Below are positions 53,733 to 62,454 of a stretch of DNA of 62,869 nt, one piece after another. Every line of letters begins with the position of its first letter. Position 1 is the stretch's first letter. Below the pieces are notes generated by a model. That model worked only from the letters and a program-made list of their open reading frames with translations, was not told where the DNA came from and did no database searches. Location of the stretch: contig CAZMSF010000004.1 of NCBI GenBank assembly GCA_964568885.1, positions 1-62,869 of the forward strand, written 5' to 3'. The translations under genes and the position numbers were made by a program. Source of the stretch: an uncultured Gammaproteobacteria bacterium. Lineage in GTDB: Bacteria > Patescibacteriota > Microgenomatia > Levybacterales > GWA1-39-11.

Positions 53733-55057
53733 ATTTTATATTAGCGTTACTGTCAATTTTACTCATGACAGTAATTGGGTTTTCTATCATTAAGTTCCTG
53801 AACGTTTTTGAAAAAAGGAGTGGTTATGAAATACTGCCGTATGCTTTCGGCTTGGGAGCTGGGGTTGCATCATTGCAGCTATATCTCTATTCAAGGGTAG
53901 GAGCTCCATGGCAATTAGGACTTATTACTGCCCCCTGGATAGTTGTTGTTCTCGCCTGTTTTTTTCGTTGGAAATTAGCTATTAGCAAACAAAAAATTAT
54001 GGGAAAGAATTCATTGGTTGAAAAGCTTCTGCTCATAGCAATCGGCATTCTTATCATCTTTGTAACTTTGGAGTCTCAGATGCGTCCGGTTACCGCGTGG
54101 GATGGATGGTCAAGTTGGTTATTGAGGGCAAAAATGTTTTTTATTGAAAAAGGGGTTACACCTGGAACTTTTGCCTACATACCTTCGGAATATCCCGTCG
54201 CTGTAAGTCTAATGTCGACGTTTCTATATCTGTTCATGGGAAAATTAGATGACAAAAGCGTGCTATTATTGTATCCTGCCTTTTATATTGCATTGGGTCT
54301 CCTTTTCTTTAGCTCGCTTACATTAATAACCGGGAAGAAAATTGCGTTACTTTTTACATTTCTTCTCTTGTCTATTCAAAACGTAATCCGTCACAGTGGG
54401 AGATTTGAGGCTGGACAGGCGGATATCATTTTGGGCTTCTATGCCTTTGCAAGCCTGATGCTTTTTTCACTTTACAGTAAAGTTAAAAACTTAAAAACTC
54501 TTCTCTTGCTGCAGATGTTTCTTGTGATAACAAGTCTCATAAAGGATGATGGGATCTCGCTTGTCCTCTTTATTCAAGGAATCTTGCTTTTTCTTATTCT
54601 CAAGAGAAAATCATATACGCATTTGCTTCTGTTCGTAGTTTGGCTTCTACCTTTCATAGAATGGCAATTATTCAAAACTAAATTAGTGCTCCCCTCGGCT
54701 CCATCGTATATCGGAAACACACTTCATTTAGACAGGATTCCCCTGATTTTTGTAGAATTCGCAAAAGAATTCCTAAATATTGGCAATTGGAATCTGGTGT
54801 GGATTGCATTTGCTATTTCGGTAGTTATCTACATTACTTCTATCAAGCGGAATTTACGTTATCTTCCCTATTATGGAATTGTTATTTTCCAAATATGTGT
54901 ATATGCCGGAGTTTTTCTGGTCACCTCACCCGACCCGCATCACCACATTCCCAACGTGATAAACAGAGCATTTCTGCATATTGTTCCCATTGCGATGTTT
55001 GCAGTAGCTGCAAATACTGCTATCATTAAAGGAAAATTAAAAAATGACAAAATATAA
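53729..55057 (+). CDS. Polytopic membrane protein, possible GT-C-like
   Basis: About 12 TM helices with a loop motif RPVTAWDGWSSWLLRAKMFF. No confident family assignment. Confidence 0.4.
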   Translation: MNFILALLSILLMTVIGFSIIKFLNVFEKRSGYEILPYAFGLGAGVASLQLYLYSRVGAPWQLGLITAPWIVVVLACFFRWKLAISKQKIMGKNSLVEKLLLIAIGILIIFVTLESQMRPVTAWDGWSSWLLRAKMFFIEKGVTPGTFAYIPSEYPVAVSLMSTFLYLFMGKLDDKSVLLLYPAFYIALGLLFFSSLTLITGKKIALLFTFLLLSIQNVIRHSGRFEAGQADIILGFYAFASLMLFSLYSKVKNLKTLLLLQMFLVITSLIKDDGISLVLFIQGILLFLILKRKSYTHLLLFVVWLLPFIEWQLFKTKLVLPSAPSYIGNTLHLDRIPLIFVEFAKEFLNIGNWNLVWIAFAISVVIYITSIKRNLRYLPYYGIVIFQICVYAGVFLVTSPDPHHHIPNVINRAFLHIVPIAMFAVAANTAIIKGKLKNDKI

Positions 55058-55748
55058 AAGTGTAAAGACATTGGAGATACTTGAAGGTGCTGACAATTAT
55101 AATAGTTGGATTGCATCAAGAGTAAAAAAGTTCATTGAAAGTCCTGCCCTCGAAATTGGCGCGGGGACAGGGAATATTTCAGAATATTTCTCAGATCTTA
55201 AAGAATTGGTACTTAGCGATAACGACGTAAATTTAGTGGAATGCTTGAGAAACAAATTTGGCGGAAAAAAGAATGTAAGGGTTGAAATCTTGGATATCTC
55301 GAAGCACTTTTCAAAAATTATCAATAAATTCTCTTCAATATATGCAATTAACGTGCTGGAGCACATCGAACAAGATACTATCGCGCTTTCAAATATAAAC
55401 CGGCTCTTGAAATCGGATGGAAGGGTGGTATTACTTGTTCCTGCAAAGAAATTTGCCTATACGAAACTTGACAAAAGCTTGGGGCATTTTAGAAGGTATG
55501 AAAAAAAAGAATTGAGGGAAAAGCTGGAAAGAGCAGGATTTACGGTTGAATATCTTGAATATTTCAATATTGTTGGGCTTTTCAGCTGGCTCATACGGAC
55601 CAAATTAACCCGTAAACACAGCGAGTTAAAAAGTTCACACGTAAAGCTTTTTGACTTTATTGTTCCCATTCTAAGAAAAACAGAACCGGTAAACGGAATG
55701 CCATTGGGAATTTCACTCATTGCGGTCGGAAAAAAAGTAAGACTGTAG
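55044..55748 (+). CDS. Class I SAM-dependent methyltransferase
   Basis: Motif I ALEIGAGTGNISEYF, plus INVLEHIE and LKSDGRVVLLVP. Confidence 0.8.
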   Translation: MTKYKSVKTLEILEGADNYNSWIASRVKKFIESPALEIGAGTGNISEYFSDLKELVLSDNDVNLVECLRNKFGGKKNVRVEILDISKHFSKIINKFSSIYAINVLEHIEQDTIALSNINRLLKSDGRVVLLVPAKKFAYTKLDKSLGHFRRYEKKELREKLERAGFTVEYLEYFNIVGLFSWLIRTKLTRKHSELKSSHVKLFDFIVPILRKTEPVNGMPLGISLIAVGKKVRL

Positions 55749-55782
55749 TTATTGGATTTTTTTGTCAAAATAGAATAATGTC

Positions 55783-56529
55783 ATGAAAAGCTCTCTTAGT
55801 ATCGTTGTTTTGACTCATAATGACGAGAGTAAAATTGTAGATTGCCTTGAGTGCCTGAGTTTCGCCGACGAGTTGATAGTTGTGGATGACAACTCGCATG
55901 ACAGGACGGTAGAGCTGGCAAAACAATTTACCGATAAAATATATGTACGGGAGCTTAATAGGAATTTTTCCAATCAGCGGAATTTTGCATTAAACAATGT
56001 GCACTCAACCTGGGTTCTATTTGTTGATTCGGACGAATTGGTCTCAAAAGCATTGAGAGATGAAATCCTTCAAGCTATCGAAAAAAAGGGTATTTCCGGA
56101 TTTTCCTTAAAGAGATTTGATTATGTGTGGGGTAAAAAAATGACACATGGAGAGTTAAGCCAAGTTAAACTTTTAAGATTGGCAAAAAAAGATGACGGCA
56201 AATGGCATGGTAAAGTTCATGAAACATTGAAAGTTATCGGAGAAATTGGAGAGCTTGCTCAGCCTTTGCTGCATGTACCTCATCAGAATATTAAAGAATT
56301 TGTCTCGGATATTGACGAATACTCAACGCTTAGAGCTGAAGAACTTATGGAGAAGGGTGTTTCATCGTCGGTTTTTCAAGTCATATGTTTTCCTCTTGGT
56401 AAATTCATTCAGAATTATATAGTAAGACAAGGATACAAAGATGGAATCCCCGGAATGCTATACGCATTAATGATGAGCTTTCATTCGTTTTTAGTGCGGG
56501 CAAAATTATATCAGCTCAATCATGGGTAG
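55783..56529 (+). CDS. Glycosyltransferase family 2
   Basis: LSIVVLTHNDESKIVDCLECL...LIVVDDNSHDRT and FVDSDE (DxD). Confidence 0.85.
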   Translation: MKSSLSIVVLTHNDESKIVDCLECLSFADELIVVDDNSHDRTVELAKQFTDKIYVRELNRNFSNQRNFALNNVHSTWVLFVDSDELVSKALRDEILQAIEKKGISGFSLKRFDYVWGKKMTHGELSQVKLLRLAKKDDGKWHGKVHETLKVIGEIGELAQPLLHVPHQNIKEFVSDIDEYSTLRAEELMEKGVSSSVFQVICFPLGKFIQNYIVRQGYKDGIPGMLYALMMSFHSFLVRAKLYQLNHG

Positions 56530-58090
56530 ACGTTCCACGAAGAGTAGTTTCGGTAATTCCTTTGCATTGTTTTTGACAAGTAAGTGGCCCGTAGCTTTAT
56601 TGCTTTTCCTTTTCGCTTTTTCCATACGGTTACTTACTCTTAACAAAATCGGGAAAACGTGGGATGAGGGCGCATATGTCGAATTGGGCCACAGATATGT
56701 CGAGTTGGCGCTCAAACATGACTTTGCAAATTCATATTGGTATCTACAGTCGGATCATCCTCCGCTGGCACGGTATATCTACGGTTTGGCGAGTACTTTT
56801 GACAGTAAAAATGTCGACGGTAAGGTCATCTTCAATAATTCGTACACTGTCTCGCGAGTAGTATCGGCTCTCATGGGTTCACTTGCTGTGTTGTTTGTTG
56901 CGCTCATCGGGTACAAGTATTTTTCCTCTTTTGTTGCAATTTCGTCGGGTTTAATTTTTGCGCTTATTCCTTTTTTTGTCGGATTGTCGCAACTCGGGAC
57001 CCTTGAAAGCCCGATTATGCTTTTTTTCACAGCGAGCGTATTCTTTTTCTTGGAATACCTGTCAAAACCTACAAGTAGAAATCTCATTGTTACCGGTGTG
57101 CTTCTCGGCTGCTCAGTTCTTGTTAAACAGTCAAATATCATTATTGTTCCACTTCTTTTTTTTATTGCGATTACAAAAAATGTAACAGCAGGGAAAAAAA
57201 TAAAGAGAAAAACATTGTTTTTTGACATAAGAAGTATTGCATTTATAATTCTTATCTCATTCTTCACCTGTTTCGCGCTTTGGCCAATGCCGTTTTTTCA
57301 CCTCAATGAGCTTTTGGAAGTACAAAATAAGATGTGGGTGCTCGCAGTGAAGCTTCCGCCGCCCGAAGTTTATTTTGGAGTATTGCGTTTGGTTCCGAAG
57401 CCATACTATGTAGTCATGTTTCTTTTTACAACTCCTCTGCTTCTTTTAGTGTTGGGAATTCTGGGAGGAGCGAAGGTATTAATGAGAAAGAAATTCATGA
57501 TGGTTGTTGTGTTGGTTTGGTTTTTCTTTCCATTTTTTCAGACGTTCTATCCTTTTAAACAACATGGCGTGCGGTATATTATTGAAATTTATGCACCTTT
57601 TTCTTTACTGTGCGGTATTGGATTGGAATTCTTTTGTGAAGCACTGCGAAAAGTACAATACATAAAATCAATTTCGATAGCTTTTGTCCTTGTGTATCTT
57701 TTCATTGTGTTATCAAAAGTTTCACCGTATTATCTTGATTATTTCAATGAGATTATCGGCGGGAACAATTATGTATATCGACACACATTATTCCAGATGG
57801 GGTGGTGGGGACAGGGCATCGAAGAAGCTGTAAAATTTATTTCATCAAAAGAAAAAAATGTAGTAACCGTTGCAGTCAATGGGCCACAGCCTGCAACTGT
57901 TGTGCCTCGTTTATGGAATATAAAAACGGTCTATTACAATAGAAATTCGGATTCCGATTATGTTATTGTCCCATATTTTGATGTAGTAAGGCTTGGTTTT
58001 CCGGAGGAAGAATTAAAGGCAAAATATAAAGAAGTGCATAGTGTTTTTGTCGACAATGCAAAGCTCGTGAAAGTCTACAAGCACATTTAG
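56522..58090 (+). CDS. GT-C membrane glycosyltransferase, PMT/ArnT-like (GT39/GT83-type)
   Basis: First-loop WDEGAYVELGHRY...SDHPPLARYIYG, typical of PMT_2/ArnT-like enzymes. About 12 TM helices and a soluble C-terminus. Confidence 0.75.
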   Translation: MGRRSTKSSFGNSFALFLTSKWPVALLLFLFAFSIRLLTLNKIGKTWDEGAYVELGHRYVELALKHDFANSYWYLQSDHPPLARYIYGLASTFDSKNVDGKVIFNNSYTVSRVVSALMGSLAVLFVALIGYKYFSSFVAISSGLIFALIPFFVGLSQLGTLESPIMLFFTASVFFFLEYLSKPTSRNLIVTGVLLGCSVLVKQSNIIIVPLLFFIAITKNVTAGKKIKRKTLFFDIRSIAFIILISFFTCFALWPMPFFHLNELLEVQNKMWVLAVKLPPPEVYFGVLRLVPKPYYVVMFLFTTPLLLLVLGILGGAKVLMRKKFMMVVVLVWFFFPFFQTFYPFKQHGVRYIIEIYAPFSLLCGIGLEFFCEALRKVQYIKSISIAFVLVYLFIVLSKVSPYYLDYFNEIIGGNNYVYRHTLFQMGWWGQGIEEAVKFISSKEKNVVTVAVNGPQPATVVPRLWNIKTVYYNRNSDSDYVIVPYFDVVRLGFPEEELKAKYKEVHSVFVDNAKLVKVYKHI

Positions 58091-58797
58091 TTAGCACCAA
58101 GCCGTATCCGAATTAAATCTCTTACCGAAATGTAGATTTCATGGAGATCAGCTTTTGAGCCACCCAATCTTCTATTCACGAAAGTTGTTGGTCGTTCTCT
58201 CAATTTATACCCTTTTCTGAAAAGATAATATGTCGCTTCGGGTATTGTAACAAATCCGGTGCTTTTGAAATCGTAGTTTACCAACAATTCGACTGCAGTT
58301 CTTGGGTATAATCTGAAGCCATTCGTATTGTCATGAATTGGTAATCCAAAAAGCAAAGAATTAAAAGAATTCGCAAGCTTACTAAGCAATCTCCTGTGAT
58401 ATGGACTATTGATGATCTTGCTTCTTTTTAAATAGCGCGAAGCGATTACGACTGTCTTGTTATCGGTAAGTTTAAGCAGCTGCGGCAATTCATCGGGGTC
58501 GTGGGAAAGGTCGGCATCCATTTCAATAAATGTTTGTGATTTAAAGTGGGTAAGCGCATATCGAAATCCATGGAGTACAGCGGTCCCTCTGCCCATTTTT
58601 GATTTTCTTTTGAGATGCAGAACTGTTTTGTATTTTTTCGTAAGTGCAGAAAGAACTTCTTTTGTGTTATCTTTTGAATTATCATCAACAACAACTACAT
58701 AAACTCTTCTGACGTTTTTAAATATTTTTGGAATAAGAATTTTTAAATTTTCCGCTTCGTTGTAAACAGGTACTACAATTGTGGGTGGCAAATTCAT
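58087..58797 (-). CDS. Short GT2, polyprenol-monophosphate sugar synthase-like (Dpm1/Ppm1-type)
   Basis: IVVPVYNEAENL, VVVVDDNSKDNT and RKSKMGRGTAVLHGF. The start is set to ATG 58797 (M23 of the tracked ORF). Confidence 0.75.
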   Translation of the reverse strand: MNLPPTIVVPVYNEAENLKILIPKIFKNVRRVYVVVVDDNSKDNTKEVLSALTKKYKTVLHLKRKSKMGRGTAVLHGFRYALTHFKSQTFIEMDADLSHDPDELPQLLKLTDNKTVVIASRYLKRSKIINSPYHRRLLSKLANSFNSLLFGLPIHDNTNGFRLYPRTAVELLVNYDFKSTGFVTIPEATYYLFRKGYKLRERPTTFVNRRLGGSKADLHEIYISVRDLIRIRLGAN

Positions 58798-58863
58798 GGA
58801 AAAAGTATAGTTCGTAGCTTTGCTTCGTGCAATAACCAATTTTTTGCATAGTATAATAGCCAT

Positions 58864-58956
58864 ATGAAAAAAATTGACATGTTTTATCTATTGTGGAGCA
58901 TTCTCATTCTTGGAGCATATCTTTTTCATATTATTTGTAAATCCGGAAGATGTTAA
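58864..58956 (+). CDS. 30-codon single-TM micro-ORF overlapping the start of the next gene
   Basis: MKKIDMFYLLWSILILGAYLFHIICKSGRC. TATAAT (58852..58857) lies 6 nt upstream. Its stop overlaps ATG 58950 (AGATGTTAA). It is too short to appear in the ORF track. Confidence 0.3.
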   Translation: MKKIDMFYLLWSILILGAYLFHIICKSGRC

Positions 58957-60509
58957 AAATCGCATTTTTAATCGGTATTTATTCATATTGCGTATTACTG
59001 CTTGGCCTTGCAGGTTGCCTTAGAGTTTCGTTTCTGTTGCCGCTCACTGTGTTATTTGTGCTTGTTAGCTTGTATTTAATGCAAGAAGAACTGAAATATA
59101 TAGGGAGGGCAAAGAGTATCTTTAATAAAAAAAAGGAAAGGGTTCTGTTTCTTTTTCTTGGGCTACTATTACTTGTAAATCTTATTGGTGCACTCGGACC
59201 GGAGCTGGCGTTTGACGCATTATGGTATCACTTAACAATCCCAAAAATTTATTTATTGCATGCAAAGACATATTTTATACCGGGAAATCTTTTATATTAC
59301 AACCTGATGCCGAAGCTTTCCGAAATGTTGTATGTTGCCGCTCTTGCATTAGGGAATGAAATTGTTGCCAAAATGGTGCATTATTTCTTTGGTATTTTAT
59401 CCTGCATTGCGCTATACAGACTTTCCCGTTTGTATCTTACGAGGAGTTGGGCAATTGTCGCGGTCATCGTTTTTTATTCCAACCTCGTCATTTCTTGGCT
59501 TTCCATTACCGCATATTCCGATTTGCCCCGGGTATTTTTTGAAATACTTTCATTCTATTATTTTTTGTTGTACACAAAGAAAAAGAAGAATTCTCATTTT
59601 GTTGCAAGCGCATTGTTATTGGGTTTTGCGATTTCGACAAAAGTTCTTGCAGTCGGAACGGTTGCAATATTTGGCGTTCTTATTTGGTCTTTAAAGTTAA
59701 ATACGCGTATCAAATTGAGGAGAATGCTTTTTTTCTCTTTACTCTCGCTTCTGGTCCCTCTTCCTTGGTTTGTAATTTCCTATATGAATACTGGTAACCC
59801 CGTTTTTCCGCTGTTTACTCATTTAGGATTAAGAAATTTTTCTTTTCAACTCTTATCTCCCTTCACCATCGTAAAAACATTCATGAATATATTTCTTTTT
59901 TCATCCGACCCAATAAGCCCTATATACATAATTTGTCTTCCTTTGGTTTTTCTTTTGTTAGTTTCGAAATTCAAAACATACAAGCTTCTTTTTCTTTATT
60001 CAGTTATTTCATTCATTATTTGGTATACGACATCTCAATCGGGAGGGGCAAGGTTTCTTTCAGCATATTTGCCCGTATATACACTCCTTTCAGTATTGGC
60101 GATAAGTAGCCTTAAAAGAAAAATGATTGTTTCAATTTCTTTTGGCCTGATACTTTTCATTGCCGTTGTAACAATTGTGTACCGGGCTACGGCAAACGCA
60201 AGATATATTCCGGTACTGTTAGGACTTCAGACAAAACAAGATTTTTTGATGAAGAATCTTAATTTTTCTTTTGGAGATTTTTATGATGAAAATTCAGAAA
60301 TAAAGAAAATAGTCGGGGAAGAGACTGTCGAATTATTGAACATGCACAATCTTTATTATGTCGATTTCCCTTTTACTCTTAGTGAGTTTTCGGAAGACAA
60401 AAAAGCTACATATGTTCTTGTCCAAAGTGGAGATATTCCCCAAAGCTATAGAAATACCCGACTTATCTATAAAAACGATAAAACCCATGTTAAACTCTAT
60501 AAATTATGA
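58950..60509 (+). CDS. Polytopic membrane protein, GT-C-like
   Basis: About 13 TM helices, a loop motif PELAFDALWYHLTIPK and a soluble C-terminal domain. Confidence 0.5.
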   Translation: MLKIAFLIGIYSYCVLLLGLAGCLRVSFLLPLTVLFVLVSLYLMQEELKYIGRAKSIFNKKKERVLFLFLGLLLLVNLIGALGPELAFDALWYHLTIPKIYLLHAKTYFIPGNLLYYNLMPKLSEMLYVAALALGNEIVAKMVHYFFGILSCIALYRLSRLYLTRSWAIVAVIVFYSNLVISWLSITAYSDLPRVFFEILSFYYFLLYTKKKKNSHFVASALLLGFAISTKVLAVGTVAIFGVLIWSLKLNTRIKLRRMLFFSLLSLLVPLPWFVISYMNTGNPVFPLFTHLGLRNFSFQLLSPFTIVKTFMNIFLFSSDPISPIYIICLPLVFLLLVSKFKTYKLLFLYSVISFIIWYTTSQSGGARFLSAYLPVYTLLSVLAISSLKRKMIVSISFGLILFIAVVTIVYRATANARYIPVLLGLQTKQDFLMKNLNFSFGDFYDENSEIKKIVGEETVELLNMHNLYYVDFPFTLSEFSEDKKATYVLVQSGDIPQSYRNTRLIYKNDKTHVKLYKL

Positions 60510-61699
60510 GCGGTACGCTTGGAAAAATACTTTTTTTTGCCCTTCTCGCAACATTTCCGCTTGGCTTGCTCGTAAGACTTAGGCTAGCTACCAATATATA
60601 TATTACTCCACAAGACATTCTTGTATTCCTTCTTTTTGTTCTGACCGTTACCAAATTTTTTAGGAAAAGTAGACCGATTTTTTCAGATAAATTTATTTTC
60701 TTTCAATTACTGTTTTTACTTATTGGTGGACTGAGTCTTATTGTCAGCTCCTTTTTGCATGGGGAGATAAATCTCTTAGTCTCTTTTCTCTATCTTTTGA
60801 GGTATATTTTCTACCTATCTCTTCTTAATGTTGGTAATCTCTTCGAAAAAACCGGAGCTGAACGAAAAATTTTAACACTGACAGGGATTGCCGTTCTTTT
60901 ATTGGGATACCTACAATACTTCCTGTATTATGATTTAAAGTACTTGTATTATTACGGATGGGACAACCACCTATATCGGCTTTTTTCGTCCTTTCTTGAC
61001 CCAAATTATGCAGGAGTATTCTATTCGCTTTTCTTTATTTTTATTTTTTCACCTGTCTTATATTTGAGAATAAAACAAAGTTACAGAGAGCTTGTCCTTT
61101 CCTTCTTTACCGTAATTGCACTTTACCTTACTTACTCAAGAACGGCACTTATTGCTCTTCTTGCGGGTATTGTTTCCATCGCGGTTCTTAAAGGTAAAAT
61201 ACGCGTGTTACTTCTTGCTTTGGCTGCTTTTTCTATACTTCTTGTAACGCTCTCAGATACGTCAATTGAAGGACTCAATCCACTAAGAACGGCATCATCG
61301 ATAGAACGGGTCATTTCAGCGAAAGAAGCTTGGCAAATTTTTACCGAGAGCCCACTAATAGGAAGCGGATTTAACTCATATCGATATACCATGATAAGAT
61401 ACGGATTCAGGAATCCAACGGGTGCATCCCTGAGTAATGCCGACGCTGGAACCGACAATAGCTTTCTCTTTGTTTTGGCAACGAGTGGAATTTTTGGCTT
61501 TGCTTTCTTTGCTTTAAGCTACATTTTTCTTTTAAGAAAACTTTACAGTGAGCGCGGAACGATTGGAATTATCCCTCTTTGTTTGGTTATCTCTTTTCTT
61601 GCTGCAAGCCTTTTTCTCAACGTATTGTTTTATACGCCTATACTGACTTTTATATTCATCACAATTTCTCTGAGGAAGCGGATATTTGGAAAAACCTGA
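60506..61699 (+). CDS. O-antigen ligase/polymerase family (Wzy_C-type) membrane protein
   Basis: LTYSRTALIALLAG motif and a periplasmic loop with SGFNSYRY and NADAGTDNSFL. About 10 TM helices. Confidence 0.7.
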   Translation: MSGTLGKILFFALLATFPLGLLVRLRLATNIYITPQDILVFLLFVLTVTKFFRKSRPIFSDKFIFFQLLFLLIGGLSLIVSSFLHGEINLLVSFLYLLRYIFYLSLLNVGNLFEKTGAERKILTLTGIAVLLLGYLQYFLYYDLKYLYYYGWDNHLYRLFSSFLDPNYAGVFYSLFFIFIFSPVLYLRIKQSYRELVLSFFTVIALYLTYSRTALIALLAGIVSIAVLKGKIRVLLLALAAFSILLVTLSDTSIEGLNPLRTASSIERVISAKEAWQIFTESPLIGSGFNSYRYTMIRYGFRNPTGASLSNADAGTDNSFLFVLATSGIFGFAFFALSYIFLLRKLYSERGTIGIIPLCLVISFLAASLFLNVLFYTPILTFIFITISLRKRIFGKT

Positions 61700-61718
61700 A
61701 AATTTTTCCGGTACGAAA

Positions 61719-62450
61719 CTACGGATTGTAGGTTACTTTCAACTGTTTTTGAGTTGTAAGTCCGGCCGGATTCTGAGCCTCAATTGTTATTTGGTTATCT
61801 CCATCATTAAGCGTGAGTTGGTACGAGAACTTTCCACCGTTTTCAACAATTGCACGGAATGAATTAATAGACACCGTGTTATCAGGATCTGTCTGTCCCG
61901 TTACAGTGATTGTTTTATCGGCCCTGGAGAGAGTGGCATTATCAACAGGAAAACTCACCTCGAGTTTCGGCTTGTCGCTTTGGTAATTCACTTGAAAATC
62001 AGGAGTGAAGGCACTTGTTTTGTCTCCTTTATTGAAGCGCGCCTTTATTGTATTTGGGCCTTTCGTAAGCGGTATGTTTTGGACAGGAAATTCGAGCTTA
62101 TCTTGAACTTCAACTTCTTTGGCAAGTTCATCGTTTACGTATACTTCAACTGTTCCATTCTTATCGGGTGCATATCCACTGAAATTAATCCGTGCACTTT
62201 GCGTTGCATCAGGAATTCCGCTGAGAGTAGGAGGTTGGAGGAGTTCTTTTCCTACCAACTGATTTCCGTCACTTTTGTCTCCGCCCCGTATCGTATATAT
62301 GGCATTGCCGAAAATATTAATAAGACCAGGTCCGAATTGGAAAAGAACACCTATCAATACAATAATACCAATCGTAAAAAAAAGCGCCTGCTTCTTATTT
62401 TGTTTTTCGCTAGTCCTTGCCAAACGGGACGAACGGAGTCTTCGCTGCAT
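61719..62450 (-). CDS. Membrane-anchored extracytoplasmic protein with two Ig-like beta-sandwich repeats
   Basis: Basic N-terminus plus a TM helix, then two similar modules (INFSGYAPDKNGTVEVYVND... and ITVTGQTDPDNTVSINSF...NQITIEAQN). No family is assigned. Confidence 0.45.
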   Translation of the reverse strand: MQRRLRSSRLARTSEKQNKKQALFFTIGIIVLIGVLFQFGPGLINIFGNAIYTIRGGDKSDGNQLVGKELLQPPTLSGIPDATQSARINFSGYAPDKNGTVEVYVNDELAKEVEVQDKLEFPVQNIPLTKGPNTIKARFNKGDKTSAFTPDFQVNYQSDKPKLEVSFPVDNATLSRADKTITVTGQTDPDNTVSINSFRAIVENGGKFSYQLTLNDGDNQITIEAQNPAGLTTQKQLKVTYNP

Positions 62451-62454
62451 AATA

